Below are positions 13,955 through 27,499 of a DNA stretch of 64,000 nucleotides, in pieces. The number at the start of each line of letters is the position of its first letter. Position 1 is the first letter of the stretch. Source of the DNA: Ptychomitrium polyphyllum. Its lineage: Eukaryota. Where the stretch lies: the NCBI GenBank assembly GCA_973851085.1, contig OZ316776.1, positions 310,001-374,000 on the forward strand, written 5' to 3'. The position numbers were made by a program, and so were the translations under genes. The notes beneath the pieces were generated by a model that saw only the letters and a list, made by a program, of their open reading frames with translations, had not been told where the DNA came from and searched no databases.

Positions 13955-16900
13955 ATCTCGTAGAAGTAGTTTTAAACTATAGATAAAATTAGTCACACAA
14001 AAATAAATCATATTTTGAGGTTGTTGTATATTTGAGTGTTGTAATAGCAAGGTTAGAGTATAGAGAGTGTTATTAGTGGTTTGCTAATTAAATTGATGAC
14101 ATAGTTATTCGAGTAAAAGTAAAACATGTTTTGGTATTTCCTATAAAGCAAAATTTATAAAATAAAAAAACCTTAAAATGTGAACATGCAAGGAAATTGT
14201 TGTCCAGAAAAATCCTTGTACATTCATTAAATTATCTTTTCTTTTCTTTTCTTTCCTTTTCTTCCTTCCTATTGCAAGGGGTCCTTTCAAAAGTAAAAAC
14301 AGAAGGTGGTCAATAGGAGATAGCTTATCTTACCTTATGATGTTTGCACAAGGAGAACTGAAGAGCACTGAGGCAAGGCCTAAGAGCAATGTGGGTTTGG
14401 GTCCCAAAGACCAAAGGATTGGACCCCTAACATATTGCAGTACCTGAACCTTATGAGTTGCAAGAATTGTGCGGCAGCAAGGAACAAAGATCAACTTGCC
14501 ACCTTCGATGTGCTTGCCAGTGAAAAGATGATATTGTTGAAGTGCAGACAGGGGCAACCTCCACATCCTGGTAGTCTGCCCTCTGCTGAGCATAACTTGA
14601 ACATTATGTGATGCCTTAATTATACAGCAGGAAGGCTGGTGGTTGATATGAAATTGTTGAGGTACGCTTGGCATTTCTCCAAAGTTGTCCAGTGCACCAT
14701 CCAACCCCAAATTCTCAAATACTCAGACGTCAAGTGATCGAACAAAGTCAGTAGTTGAACTGTTCCTATTACAAACCCACATCATGACTAGCCTAGACTG
14801 GCCTAGTCTGTCGATAGCCAGTGCAGACGTGATTTGTGCCACATTGTTTACCGTGCCCACACCATATGCGAATCACAGCGCAAGTCCATTAATAAACCAG
14901 GCCACTGCCTTGAGCCAGATTGAACGGGAAAGGGTTAGCTTGTAGGGGCTTGCATGCACCAATGGCTAGTGCACAAGTAGCGAGGGGCCTCAAAAGGCTC
15001 TTCTACATGCCTCCAGAAGGGGCCTGGTCAAGTCCTCCTTGCCACCGACGTCACTACCTTCTCTGGACCTGCCCAGTGCCCGTAGTGTAGTGGTGCCAAT
15101 TAATATTTACTTGGAAATAGATTATATTGCAAATGTCGACAAAGGTTATCATAGCCTACTCTGAGTACAGTGACATATACCATAACAACCCAGAGTTTAC
15201 AAAATTATTTCCTTCACACTGCCGCAGCTAACTCTAGGAAACACAAGGGAACAATGTGTATAATTCTGCAGGAATATTGCACACAATTGTGCTCCAGTAA
15301 CAGGGGCCAGAGTATTTCTAAGGTTGTCCCAGTAATGATGCCAATAGTAAATGCAGGGCAGGTTTATTATGAAAAATTAGAATAGTTATTTATTACAAAA
15401 ATCATCTTTTTTCAACAAATGCCTTGAGTTGTTACAGCTGGTCCCAAGGTACTTCCAACATCCCAACCTTACTCTGAAAATTGTGGAAGTACAAATTTGA
15501 ATCTAGCGAATCTAGCAAATCTAGCAAATCTATCCAAGGTGAAGTTACAAGTTACACCAGCATTGAATCATGAGTGGCCAGGGAAGTTTGAGGATTAGAG
15601 GACATATAAGTAGGCATAGATTTGCAATCATCACAGAAAGAGGACTGTATGGTGCCTGATGGTACTCTCTTGAAAGGCATCCATGAGTCACAATCAGTGG
15701 TTAACTAAGATGGCATCAGAAAATCTCTTTTGAGTCATCTTCACATTGGACATAGGGTATGCTCTCAAAATGAATGTGTGCCACACCCTACTTTAGCTTG
15801 ATGTCATTCTCAAAATAACACCAGAGTGACACATATTTAAATGCTATCAAAATAACATCTTTCCTTCTTGAGTTAAAAATGATGCAAAAATGACGTGAGT
15901 TTAAACAACACCAAATTGACATAAATTGTTATTTTGATATCATTTTGAGGTCCAAATGCCATGACAATAACATTGATTAAATTGACCTCAAAATGACACA
16001 AATTATCATTTTAACACCATTTAATCAATACTAATTTCATGTAGTCTTAATCTTATTTTTACTAGAGAAATTTTGACGTTTTCTTGGCATCATTTTGTAT
16101 CATTTTAGCTTTGCAAATTATAGTCTCAAAGCTTAGTGATGGAGCCTAATATTTCACTCCAATGAAAGTAGTTCATCTGCATATAAATGTGATGAAATGT
16201 GAATCATAATCTAATGTAGGATTGGACATGTTTTTTATTGCTATTTTCTTTATAAACAATTTTAGATATTACATTATATTTAACATTGTATTTGCTACGG
16301 ATCAAGCTAATTTATATAATGATTTTTCCTTAAGGCTACAAGTTTTTATCAAAGTTATTTTTAAGATTTAAAACACAATGATAATATAAAAGTTTTTTAT
16401 CCATTTGGTATTGTTTATGGCACAAAAAACGCTTTTGGTAAAATCTTGTTGTAGTCTACATGAAAATGTGGTATTTAAGGCAATTTATTTTAGATAATTT
16501 AATAAAAAAATTATAATTTTTTATTGATTAATATAAAATTATCTGAAATATAAATATTAATAAGAAAAATTGATTTGAAATGACCATCTATATAAAAAAG
16601 ATTAATTTGGAATATATATACTTTGATGTAGTTAAAATTAGTATCATGCTCAATTGTAGTTAGGTTTGAGCATTTATGTTTTGGTTTTGATGCATTCTAT
16701 TTTATTCAATTATTTATTCTCTAATTATGAATGTTCTTTATTGGCTACTAGATTTTGTTATGTTTAGTGCATATCAATAAAATATGCATATATCTTAAAA
16801 CAATAAATTATCCTATTAGTTTCAATACAACTTTGTTTACTTTAGAATAATACATATTACCTATTATAATATAATTAATGAAAATACAAGAAAAACAAGG

Positions 16901-18710
16901 AAGAAGCTATCATAATCAACAACTTTCATTTTAACTTTTTTATAATCCTTTTGTAAAAGGATTGTGAAGTCAGATTTTAAAGTTTTTGAATTGAATGCCA
17001 TAAAAAATTGAATGTAAAATAGTAATTGGTTGATTAATTTATAAGGGGTTTCTAACTTAAATCTATTTCATCTAATTGGTATCAAGCATTGAGAAAATTA
17101 TATAGCCATATTAGTATGTACATTTATTCATAATGTAAAAAAAAAATGCTCTTTTTAAAAAACATATATAACAATTTTCACAAACCAAACTTGGTCTTCC
17201 TTAAATACAAAAATCAACTTAATTATTCAAGATTTAAGTAATTTCAAAAGGTTCTTGAGACATTTGGATTTCAAGATTCTAAAAGATATATTTAACTATG
17301 AGTATAAACTACGGTTTTCACAAACAAATCCAAGTTCACAAATAATGTGAGGCAAAGTAGTTTTATTTCAAACTTAGTGTAGGAGTGGAAGGATGAGGCT
17401 CACCATTTTGGAGCTGACTGGGTTAATTCCGCATTATAAAATTAATCATTATTTTTATCATGATATTTTTACACGATCAAAAATACGTTACCGTGTAATT
17501 CAAAGAAAAGTTACAGTAATTACAGTATTGACCCCGCCTCACAGAGAGAATTATTGTGGAGAAGCATTTACCATGTGCGAGGAATTCCATACCAAGTTAA
17601 GCTCAAGAGGGAAGGAGACGTTGGCCTTGTACTCATTCATTACTGAGTTTTCAGCACACTATCACACTTTCCACTTCGCATGATGTTGTTTTGCAAGAAT
17701 AATTGCTAATTACCTGTACAAACTTGCCACACTTCACAAACTGAGAGGCTAAGTGACAAGAGATGGGTTTGGAGTCTGGATTTCAGAGGATTGTGCATGA
17801 AACGTCAACTCTGATACTCTGAGTTTCACACTCTTGCGTGCCATTGTCAAGGGCTGTCTTCCTACACAAGCAAGCAACTCCACCCAAAGACCCATTCAAC
17901 TAACTTATGGAAGAAGATGGGCAATCAGTTGATTGGCAGTGGAGAATACAGGTAATGTTCAACAGCTTGTTGCTTGTACATACAAAATCGCATTTATGAA
18001 CTTGGAAGAGTTAACTACTTAAGGCTGTTGGATACATTTGTACAGGATGAATGTTAATGCTTTGTTTAAATGTACATTAAGGAAAAATACTCATTCTGTT
18101 CTCATATTTTTGGCCTACTGTCTATCTTAACAAAAGTATAGTATTTAAATTTTGAGAGAATTTTCGAGACTTGGTTATTAGTGCAAAAAATGAAAATATG
18201 GTGATATATAATATAGTGATATTAATGCAATACAAACATTATTATTATGTATGCTTATAGAAGTTTAACAAGTTTATTAGACTCATTGAATCTTGAATTT
18301 AGTGCTATAGGTATTTCAAATTTTAAAAATGAATGTTGCATTAATTTGTTTAATAAAGAAGTTGAAAATATGTCATTGTCAAAATGCAAACCATGAAGAT
18401 CCATTTTGATGTATGCAGATAAAAACTTCTTTTACCAATCATTCTATTACCCATGATTTAAATTGCACCAACATTGTAAATAAGAATTTTAGAATATTAT
18501 TAATGGATACATTTCATATGATATGGAGATAGTATGTATAGAAGTGAAGAAAGGAGATGCTTTGCAAAAAATATGGTGTATAATATAAATTTTGAAATAA
18601 ATAAATAAAGATTGATTTAAAAGAAACTGGTTTTAATGATCACTTCAAATTAATGTGATTTCAATCCATGCAAAGTTATTGAAAAAGAATACAATGACAG
18701 GCTTCCATGC

Positions 18711-18860
18711 CCTAAGATGTCTGGTCAAAAGAACATTCAACCTAACCGACAAAAATACATGGCCTAAGATGTCTAGTCAAAAGGACATTCAACTTAACCG
18801 ACAAAAATGCATAGCCTGAGATGTCTGGTAAAAAGAACATTCAACCTAACCGACAAAAAT
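18711..18860 (+). repeat. Three tandem copies of a 52-bp unit
   Basis: CCTAAGATGTCTGGTCAAAAGAACATTCAACCTAACCGACAAAAAT-like copies start at 18711, 18763 and 18815. Confidence 0.9.
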
Positions 18861-21178
18861 AATGGACTTCACCTGCTTGATCTAGATGTTTATTATGAGT
18901 CTTCAAGTGATTTGACAGCTTGACTCATAGTAGCCATTTCTTTAATTCCTTAAAATAACTTACATTGATTTTTTCTAAAGGCCTGGAATAGACAACTAAA
19001 AAGCATTTAGGCTGACTAGATATTTTGAGTTATAATATATTTCTTTCCAACAATTAAAAGATGTGCTATACAAGTGTTCTTTTTTATGCCAATTTTTTAT
19101 AGCATTCAAATTTCATTTGAATGTTTTTAAATAAAGACTTTGACTAACACAAGTAGATCTTATTTATATTAAAAAAAACTAATACATTTTCATATATATT
19201 ATCAATAATTTTATTAAATATTTCAAATTTAGAATAAATTCATAAGATTGAGGTGCTTAGTTTTTTTATTTCATGTAATTAAAAGCTTCATATGTAAGGA
19301 AACATTATAATATCAAAGGAGCTCAAGGAAACAACACCCTATTATGTTTGCTTAAATTTTTTCAAAATTTGAATAAACTACAATTAAGTTGATTCAAAAG
19401 ATTTTTTTGTTTTAAAAACTTTTGTAATACACATTTGTGCTTAAGATAAAACCCTCAAAATTAGTGTCTAAATATTATTTATTAGAAATAGGGCTTAAGA
19501 CTTAAGAAATGCATGATTATTGATAGGATATTGCTTAAAATATTTTGAATATTCTTAAATGTAGTAAGCAAGGAAATCCAAAATATAATAAATAGAGAGA
19601 AATGATTTTACTTGGTTAGAAGGGATTCATTTTTGATTCATATAGAGGATCAATGATGTGCAAGGATCAATATACATGTAGTTTTGTGAAATTTGGTTCA
19701 TTGTGGAGTGCTAGAAATGATCGTCATATGTTGATGACATTTGTTTACTACGCATATTGTGGTCGATGTTCGCATAGAGTAACTCCACCTCCGCGGGGGG
19801 CATGCACCAGTGGGAGGCGAAGGCAATGAGGCGGAGGGGAAGATACGAAGCGTGGAAGATAAGGCGGCTGGGAGTCTGGAAGAGCGAGGCTAGGGAAGCC
19901 ATAGCCACAGCAGGCAGCAGCTTCCTCCCTCCTTGGCAGGTCCAGTCACAGCCTAGACAAGCAGTGATGCAGCTGTAAGAGAAGTGCAGACTCTTAAGGC
20001 CGGAATGCTCTAGTCTCCCTCCCCTCTTCCTAATTCAGAACTTAACCCGCAATGGGCGACGCAAGGTTAATCTGCTAAGTTGCATAGGGACTAGAAAGGT
20101 CCACGTCTCCCGCACACAGATATTTGGGCTGCCCCCCCCCCCCCACCCCCCAACCCGCTGCCCTAATCCCCGTTCACACTGCGTGGGCTCCAGGGGAGGC
20201 CCCCTCCAAGGCAGCCCAGCGCAGTGCAGAGCAGCACCATTTCCCTGCAGAGAGGAAGTGCACTGCGCCACTGCACTGCACTGCTCATCATCTCGCACTC
20301 CCGCATGCGTCACTCGCACTCCCACTCGCACTCCCACTCGCGCTCTTGGTCGATCTCAACCACTGCCCGACTCTCTTTGGAAACATCATCCCTTCCCCTG
20401 CATGCACCCTCACTCAGCATCTGCACCCCATTCATCAAGAGTGCCAGGCCCAGCCTCACAGCTCTAAGTGGGTGCTTATCTCAGTTTGCGTGGACCAGTT
20501 TCTCCCACTTGTTGGGACCTCCGTTTGTTTAGTCGATCCCGGTGAATTTTTCGTCGGTGGTGGTGGTGGGATTGCATCCCCTGCATGCCCTGCATGCTAC
20601 TCATCGTCTCCCACTTGTAGCTCTAGCTCTCTTCCTCTCTTTGCTTGGAACGTTTTTCCCACTCCTTGGGACTTCCGTTAGAAGATTATTCTTTCAGTGT
20701 TGGTTGCTCCGTTTTCTTCTAGTTGAGGTGAAGTTTTGAGTGGTGGGGGTGGGGGATTGTAGCAGCTGCGTTCTCTTGTGGTGCTGTATGGAGGTCTTTG
20801 TTACTTTTTTGGATTAGTGCGGTGGTTTTAGTTTTAGTTCTGCTTTGCTCCCCCCCCCTCTGGGTGCAGGAGTGGGAGGGCGTTGTGGTTGGCTGGTTTG
20901 GCGAATTGACAGTGGCGGGGGATTGAGTGGGAGGAGGATTGGTGGATGGAAGATTGAGTTGGTTAGAGGGGTTCGAATTGGCGGGGGAGGCGATTGAGGC
21001 GTGTTATGGTAGAGGCGGTAACGGGTGTGGAGGACTGGAGGCTGCGACGGGGATGGGAGTTGCTGATGATTGCCAGGGGTGACGGAGATACAGTGGTGGT
21101 TGCTGTGGATGAGTATCGTGAATCTGAAGTTTAGGACGGTGGTAGGTTGAAGCCATCGACAAGCAGGAATTAGGAACC

Positions 21179-22270
21179 ATGCAATTGCTAGCGCAGAATG
21201 ACGCTGCTACGGCAGCACCCGAAGCTAGTCAGGACTCGCCGCAGAGTGTCAGTGAGGGAGACGCGCCCACGAGCCCGTCCTCACCCAGCTCACCGTCCAA
21301 GAGCAACGTCACTCGAGAGAAGCCCGTGAAGGTGCTCCCGTGCCCGCGCTGCGAGTCCATGAACACAAAGTTCTGCTACTACAACAATTACAGCGTCACG
21401 CAGCCGCGCCACTTCTGCAGGCAATGCCAACGGTACTGGACCGCGGGTGGGACGCTTCGCAATGTCCCGGTGGGAGGGGGATCCAGGAAAAAGAACCGCC
21501 ATCCGCGAGGCGGAGAGCCATACTTGCAGCGCCCTTCTGGCACCCAGTCGGGCCCCTTCGGCGTGCCCGCCTCGGGAGGGCAAAGCATGCTGCAGAGTGT
21601 GGGCTTCCAGCAAATGCTCACCCAGGACATGGTCGCACTCAACTTCGCCCAGCTGCCAGGATTCGGCCCCCAGGGCCACCAGTACGCCCCCTTCACCATG
21701 CAGGACCCTACCCAGAGCGTCTACGCATCCATGATGAGCCGCCCCACGCAGGACACCGACCTCCCGCCCAGCATGCATGCAATGTACGGGACTGGACCCA
21801 TGAGCGCGCCTCTGACGATCAACTCCGGTGCATACTATGTCCAGGAAATGGCCGCCCCTCCTCTCCCGACTGACAGCTCAGTCGTGAAGCCTGAGTTCTG
21901 GGCCAACAGCATGGCCGCGCCCCAAAGCCTCCCCAACCAGGCCAACAATCCGGGCAAGAACGGCCGGTTTGAATCATCCATGCTGCTCAACCTCGGGCTC
22001 AACAACCGACCGCCACCGCAGGGAGGCACGAAGCCGTGGGACCAATCGCAGCACGACGTGAAACCTCCGGTGGCCGCTGGGAATACGAAAAACGGATCGC
22101 CGCCGCACGGCTCCAGCACCATTGAAGAAGAGGGCAGCACGCCCACGAACGGTTACTCCAACAGTGGCTACGAGGAGGGCGACACCGTTTCGTCCATGTG
22201 GCACAGCTTACACGAGGATAACATGTTCCAGAACACCATGTTTCAGTTGAATGGGGAAGATCGATGCTGA
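21179..22270 (+). CDS. Dof (C2C2) zinc-finger transcription factor, 363 aa, uninterrupted ORF
   Basis: Canonical Dof domain [50 protein letters not shown]; good ATG context (GAACCATGC); GC-rich coding composition. Confidence 0.96.
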   Translation: MQLLAQNDAATAAPEASQDSPQSVSEGDAPTSPSSPSSPSKSNVTREKPVKVLPCPRCESMNTKFCYYNNYSVTQPRHFCRQCQRYWTAGGTLRNVPVGGGSRKKNRHPRGGEPYLQRPSGTQSGPFGVPASGGQSMLQSVGFQQMLTQDMVALNFAQLPGFGPQGHQYAPFTMQDPTQSVYASMMSRPTQDTDLPPSMHAMYGTGPMSAPLTINSGAYYVQEMAAPPLPTDSSVVKPEFWANSMAAPQSLPNQANNPGKNGRFESSMLLNLGLNNRPPPQGGTKPWDQSQHDVKPPVAAGNTKNGSPPHGSSTIEEEGSTPTNGYSNSGYEEGDTVSSMWHSLHEDNMFQNTMFQLNGEDRC

Positions 22271-24067
22271 AATGGTCGCAAACTTTCGAGCGAGCAATGA
22301 TTCATTCTTTGAAGGGAGCGGTATAGCTGTATATTACATATACACTTCTTTTTTCCCCCTTTCCTTTTTTCTGTACATTTTAACCCCCTTTTGTTGCTCT
22401 GTTAGGATTTGGTCGGACCCTTGTCGTTGCCTTAGCAGGACCTTGATCAGCGAGACGTTCGTTGTGATTAATTGTTCCAACACGGATTTGTGAATAGAGA
22501 ACTGAGTGGCATTGACTATGGATGCGCCGTGGCCTCTCTCCCTTGTGAACGGATTGTGCGTGTAATATATAAAGCGGACTCTGTCTCGTGGCTTTTGTGT
22601 TATCTTGGTTGTGTCTGTATGATCTACTTTGCGTTCCTTGTTTACTCGGCACTATTCAAGCTTCCGTAAGATCTGTTCATGATCTAGAGGGTTGTGCACC
22701 TATCAGTAATTTTGGGGTGGTTCCTGATTTGCATGTTTCTGAAATGTGTAGCATAATTTTTATACCTCGCTAGTTCACTGGATATATGCGTTTGCGGAGT
22801 CAGTAGTGAGTGTGCGCATCTTTTGTTCAAACAATGGGCGTCACCCGACAAAGCACCTGACATCTTGCATGCAAGGAATTGCTCCAACATTTTTCTCCGC
22901 TCTACAGTAGCGAGGAAGTTGAGGCATGTAAGATGTCAGACTTTTTCCAGAGCATAATCTGGGTCGGTATGTAACTGCTTGCAACACGCCATTATCATGC
23001 TCTCATTAAACTCAGTGTGTAGGACAATCCTTCTGTATCCTCAGGCTGTTGAGTATCGGCACTATGCGAAGCAGTAAGGTTTGGGAAGTTCGGCGGTGGT
23101 TGCCTTCCAAAAGGCTCTGAGCAAAAGCCTGCACGAGTGCGCACAATGCTCCTTGTCGAGGTACTTAGAGGTACGTTACGAAATACGAAGCATAGCCAGC
23201 GGAGAGTTGACTGCCGACTCAACTACCGTGACCTACCCTTTTAATCAATTGGCGTAATACGGTTTTCATTATCAGTCCTTTAGTACATAAAGTCGCCTAT
23301 GTTGTGTACTGGAGACGCAGCCAGTGAGGATGTAAAGGGAAAGGTAGATTTCTGGTATTATCAGTTACTATCCTCTCGTGCACTTGCCACCCGTAACTGA
23401 AACAAAACTGCACCACTTTGCTTCATTATGTTAGCAAGGAGGTACTCACCGCTGACAACCCCTTAAACTCCCAACCTCCGTCAGATTTATTCCTTACGCC
23501 CCACCTGCTGCACGAGCCCACGTTTTGCATCCTTACATGAAATAATACTCCGTGAGATTACGGTATTCCAGGCACCTTGAATTCGCTGTAGTGTAAAAGG
23601 AGAGCGGAGGGAGGTGATACCAGCAGAAACTAGTTTGTAAAAGAGCTGAGCCAGTTCAGGGCAGCTGACAGCAGGATTGGGGACACTACTCTACAAGAAA
23701 TACTTGTGTTTAGCTGGTTAATCTCTTTAGATGATTAAGTGTTCATTAGAATCACATTTGAAGATCCTGCGCCACCCAACTAGACCCACAGGTAGAAATA
23801 GCCTCTGAATGACCTAATCCCGTTCCTGGAAAGAAGTTTATTTTGGCATGAGAACCTCAAACCCAGAAAAACCAATACATTGTTTTGGCATCCTACTTTA
23901 CACGTCATAAGTACACCCACCGTCATCGCCTTCAGGCATCCATTAGGGCCCGATTGACAATTGTCCTGAAAAATGGCCTGGATCAACAACATTTACCTAC
24001 CCTGGGCTAATAAATCCACTATACAACTAGATGCGTAAGTACATTAAATTTTTTGTTATGGTTATGA

Positions 24068-26658
24068 CTACCCTGGAGTGGTCATGGAGGAAAGTGCTGC
24101 CATGCGGATCAAGGAACGTCTGTGGTAGAGGAGACGCTGCTTGCGATACTTTTGAATGAATTGAAGAAGCTCTATTTCTCCTGCCAAAAAGCTACAATGC
24201 GAGTTCTCAGACTCTTCATCAGCTTCATTTGCGGCATCTGCACATCCATCTCCGTAAGATAAGGTTTAAAGTAATAATAAAATGACCATTTGCTAAACAA
24301 TGAAGGAAAATATTTAACTGCACTAAATAGAAAACATCGGGATTCGACTCACCTTGAAGTTTATGGATAAGAGCAGGTGGCGAGCAATTGCCTTGCACCT
24401 CCTTGTATCGCTTCCACACTTCCTCAAATTTTTCTCGACTAGCAGCGAGCTCTGTATTTCTTATAATCATGCACTGTGGCACAAACACACGAAAAACATC
24501 AGATACAAATCTTGCATAAATGACCCTTCCAACTGCAGAAAAGGATCTAGAAGTAGCTCCCCAACCCACCTTCACTGAAAAAATAAACATATTCCAATTC
24601 AAGCGATGGAGTAGAACAATGTCTAAATTTCTATTATCGAAACAGAAGGATGATTGGTTCAGGAAAGCAATTCCACTGTACACTATTTGATAATTATACC
24701 TGAGTCCTGAGTTCAGCAATTTCCGATTCCTTCGCCAAATGATTTTCTGCTCAAACCAGGCAGCACATAAGTAGCGGTAATGTTAGAAAACTTCCTACGT
24801 CAAGTTCAACTATGGAACAATAAAAAGTGCTTCATATTTTGGCAAGCCAAACACATGCTACAAACTCACTTGATTCATCTATAGTCGACTTCCTCAATTC
24901 ATCGCTAATCTGCAAGTTTTCACAAAACATATAACGTAATGAGATGAAATGAGCATGAAGCTGAGTAAGGCAGCCCTAAAATAATTTCAAGACGTTCCAA
25001 AGGAAATATAGCAACGAATCAAGTTCAAGTAAAGATGACAAAGACATGTTGCACAATTTTCAATTGCATAAGGCGAAACAGATATACAGCCCTACAGAAA
25101 AAAAATTCTTAGAGTTGCAGAGCGAATGAAACAGTATGTTCGAGAGCAAACACACATTGCACAAATGCAGATAAAAGAAGTAGAAATGTTATTCTAAAAA
25201 GTGTACTAATTCACCGGAAAATATTCAATAAAAAGTTCCAAACATGACTTTCAAGTCCTACATGTTGTCGTCAATCTGCAATACGAGTATCTAAAGCGAT
25301 TGTTTAATAATCAATGGAGCTGTACGACTGACTCATACATCCCTATCCAGAAAGACTGAGACATAATTATCAGCAAATACCTTATCCAGCCGCCTCACTT
25401 CATCGAGTGAGTGTAGAAACGCATTGTAAGCGTCTTTATCATTTAGCAATATGGTTAGCTCCTCTGGACTGCACATAAGAAAAGCACAAATCATTCTTCA
25501 TTCATCGTACGACGACAAACTCGACAAGTACCATTAACACCCAGCTTGTTCATCTTCACACTTTCTAAAGCTCCACCCGAGTTATCGATACAAGGTGTCG
25601 TAACGTATTCTTCACCTAATTTCTTTGCATAACCGTATTCCATCCCCAAGGCATCAAAAATTGCATAAATTAAAAACAAGTACCTAATCCGTGTATACGC
25701 CCAGAAACTTATGCACAGATGATTATTAGGAAGTTAAATGGAAACCACAAGGTCCAGAGTACAAAGCCAAACTAAATTCAGACTAGAGTATATTACTAGG
25801 ATTCCCTGCTACACGTTACCCTCTTCATTACCATACATAACAAACATGATGAGCACTCCAGAAATGCCTTTATTTCATACACAAGCAGGCTATTTCTACA
25901 GACAGAAAACTCACCTTTTATCTTTCAAGCTTGCCACAGACTTCGACTTGACTGGACTTGTTGAGTATGACCCTGAAGATGAAGTCGGCACACTAGTGGG
26001 TGATTGAAACCTTCCTGAATAAGACCCACTCGAACTACTCGGAGGGTAGACCCCTGAACTTGGACGTGCATCATTAGTATTCTGACGAGAGAGAGGATTG
26101 ATTCCTGAGGGATGAGCTCCAAAATTTGGAAGTGGTGGTGGCGACCGTGTTGGCGCACTGTGTGTGGTGGGACTTGCAACGGAGGGAGGGTACCAGCTCT
26201 GTGTTGGAGGAGGTTGTCCCTGCTGCTGCTGCTGCTGCCCACCCCTGCATAAGTAATTTGATGAATTGAAGAATAAATTGATCAAACATTCTCCAAATTA
26301 CGCAATTTGCTCAGAATGATCAAAAATTGAGGTTCGTCAGTACATCGATAACGCAAGTACACTCAGCACGATTCTTTGTCAGGAAGTCCAAATCACACGA
26401 TTCTCCTTTAAATCTAACACATGAAGTGAGAGTTCGATACACAAACACGAATTCCAGCCCTACCAACCACGAGTATCCCACCATGAAACAAACTCCGAAC
26501 ACACCATAGGCATATTGGCAATTTGAGAGTTGTCCAACCAATTCATTCAGCTCGAGTGCACGCAACATGCTTCTGGGTAAGCAACCACCGCGGATTTCAC
26601 AAGGAAGACTAAATCCGAAACCTCTCTCTCACCTCCAAAAAGAGCTACTCACAACCAT
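24068..26658 (-). CDS. VPS37: ESCRT-I subunit VPS37 homologue (Mod_r domain), 7 exons
   Basis: Exons 26658-26633, 26244-25915, 25468-25381, ~24909-24870, ~24748-24700, ~24472-24353 and ~24237-24068 translate to QSWYPPS, LKDKSPEELTILLNDKDAYNAFLHSLDEV, ELRTQCMIIRNTELAASREK, LIHKLQDAANEADEESE and FIQKYRKQRLLYHRRSLI, as recalled for plant VPS37. Confidence 0.9.
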
Positions 26659-27499
26659 TAAATCCAACTCCCCCAAACCCTAGAACTACCATCCCAAACA
26701 CGAACCCTTCTCAAGTAACGAGAAAACCACGACAAAGTAACCCAAACTGACTCTCCTCCTCAAAAATAGACCTCCCGGAATGAATGAATGAATAAAGCAG
26801 GAAAGCCCCATCCTGAATGACACAGAAGCGAACCGACTCTCGGATCGATTGTGGACAGATTGGAGCCGTACCATCTGCGAAGGGTGGGTTTGGGCGCTGG
26901 ACAGGGAACGTACCTGGAGAATAACATGTTCATGGATGTGATGGCGCGGGGGGACCGGAGAGGGGGGAGCGATGGAGACGGCAGGCAGAGAGAGAGAGAA
27001 TAAGAGTGCAGTGGTGCCGGGCGAAGGATATGCTGTGCTGTGCTGTGTGTGTTGTGTTTTGTGTTGTGTGTTGTGCACTCGCTCCGTGTCTGTCCGTCTG
27101 TCTCGCTCCTCCTCTCTGGCTCACTGGCTGTGTGGCTCACTAGCTGTGTAGGGTGAGCGAACGAAAGAAAGAACGAAAGAATGAAGGAACGAAGGAACGA
27201 AGGAACGAACGACAGAAAGCAAAGCAAGAAAAGAATTAAACGGAAGGGCACGAAAAGGAAAGATAAAGACAAGACACGACAAGACAAGGCCGGACACGAA
27301 GGACGCAGAGAGCGGGCGTCCCCCACAGCCTTGCAGACCCTCACAGTCACCCCGAGGTGGGGAAGTGGGTCTGGTCGGGTCTGGTCTCCTGGGTCCCTCT
27401 CTGGGTGCCCCTCCTAGCTCCGCCGCCTCGCACCGACCGCCGCTGTAACCCGCCGACCCCTGGTCGCTTCCCAACAGTGGAACCCCGTAGGAACGCGTC

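Noticed and set aside
14330..16110. 126-aa minus-strand ORF and nearby AAAAT(G/A)ACAC-like repeats
   Set aside because: Probably a decayed repeat, but no family, terminus or target-site duplication could be established.
20035..20739. ORFs of 65-185 aa upstream of the Dof gene
   Set aside because: Non-ATG starts, low complexity, GC-rich promoter/5' UTR sequence and no recognisable domain.
21290..22204. Antisense and alternative-frame ORFs over the Dof gene
   Set aside because: Shadow ORFs of GC-rich coding sequence.
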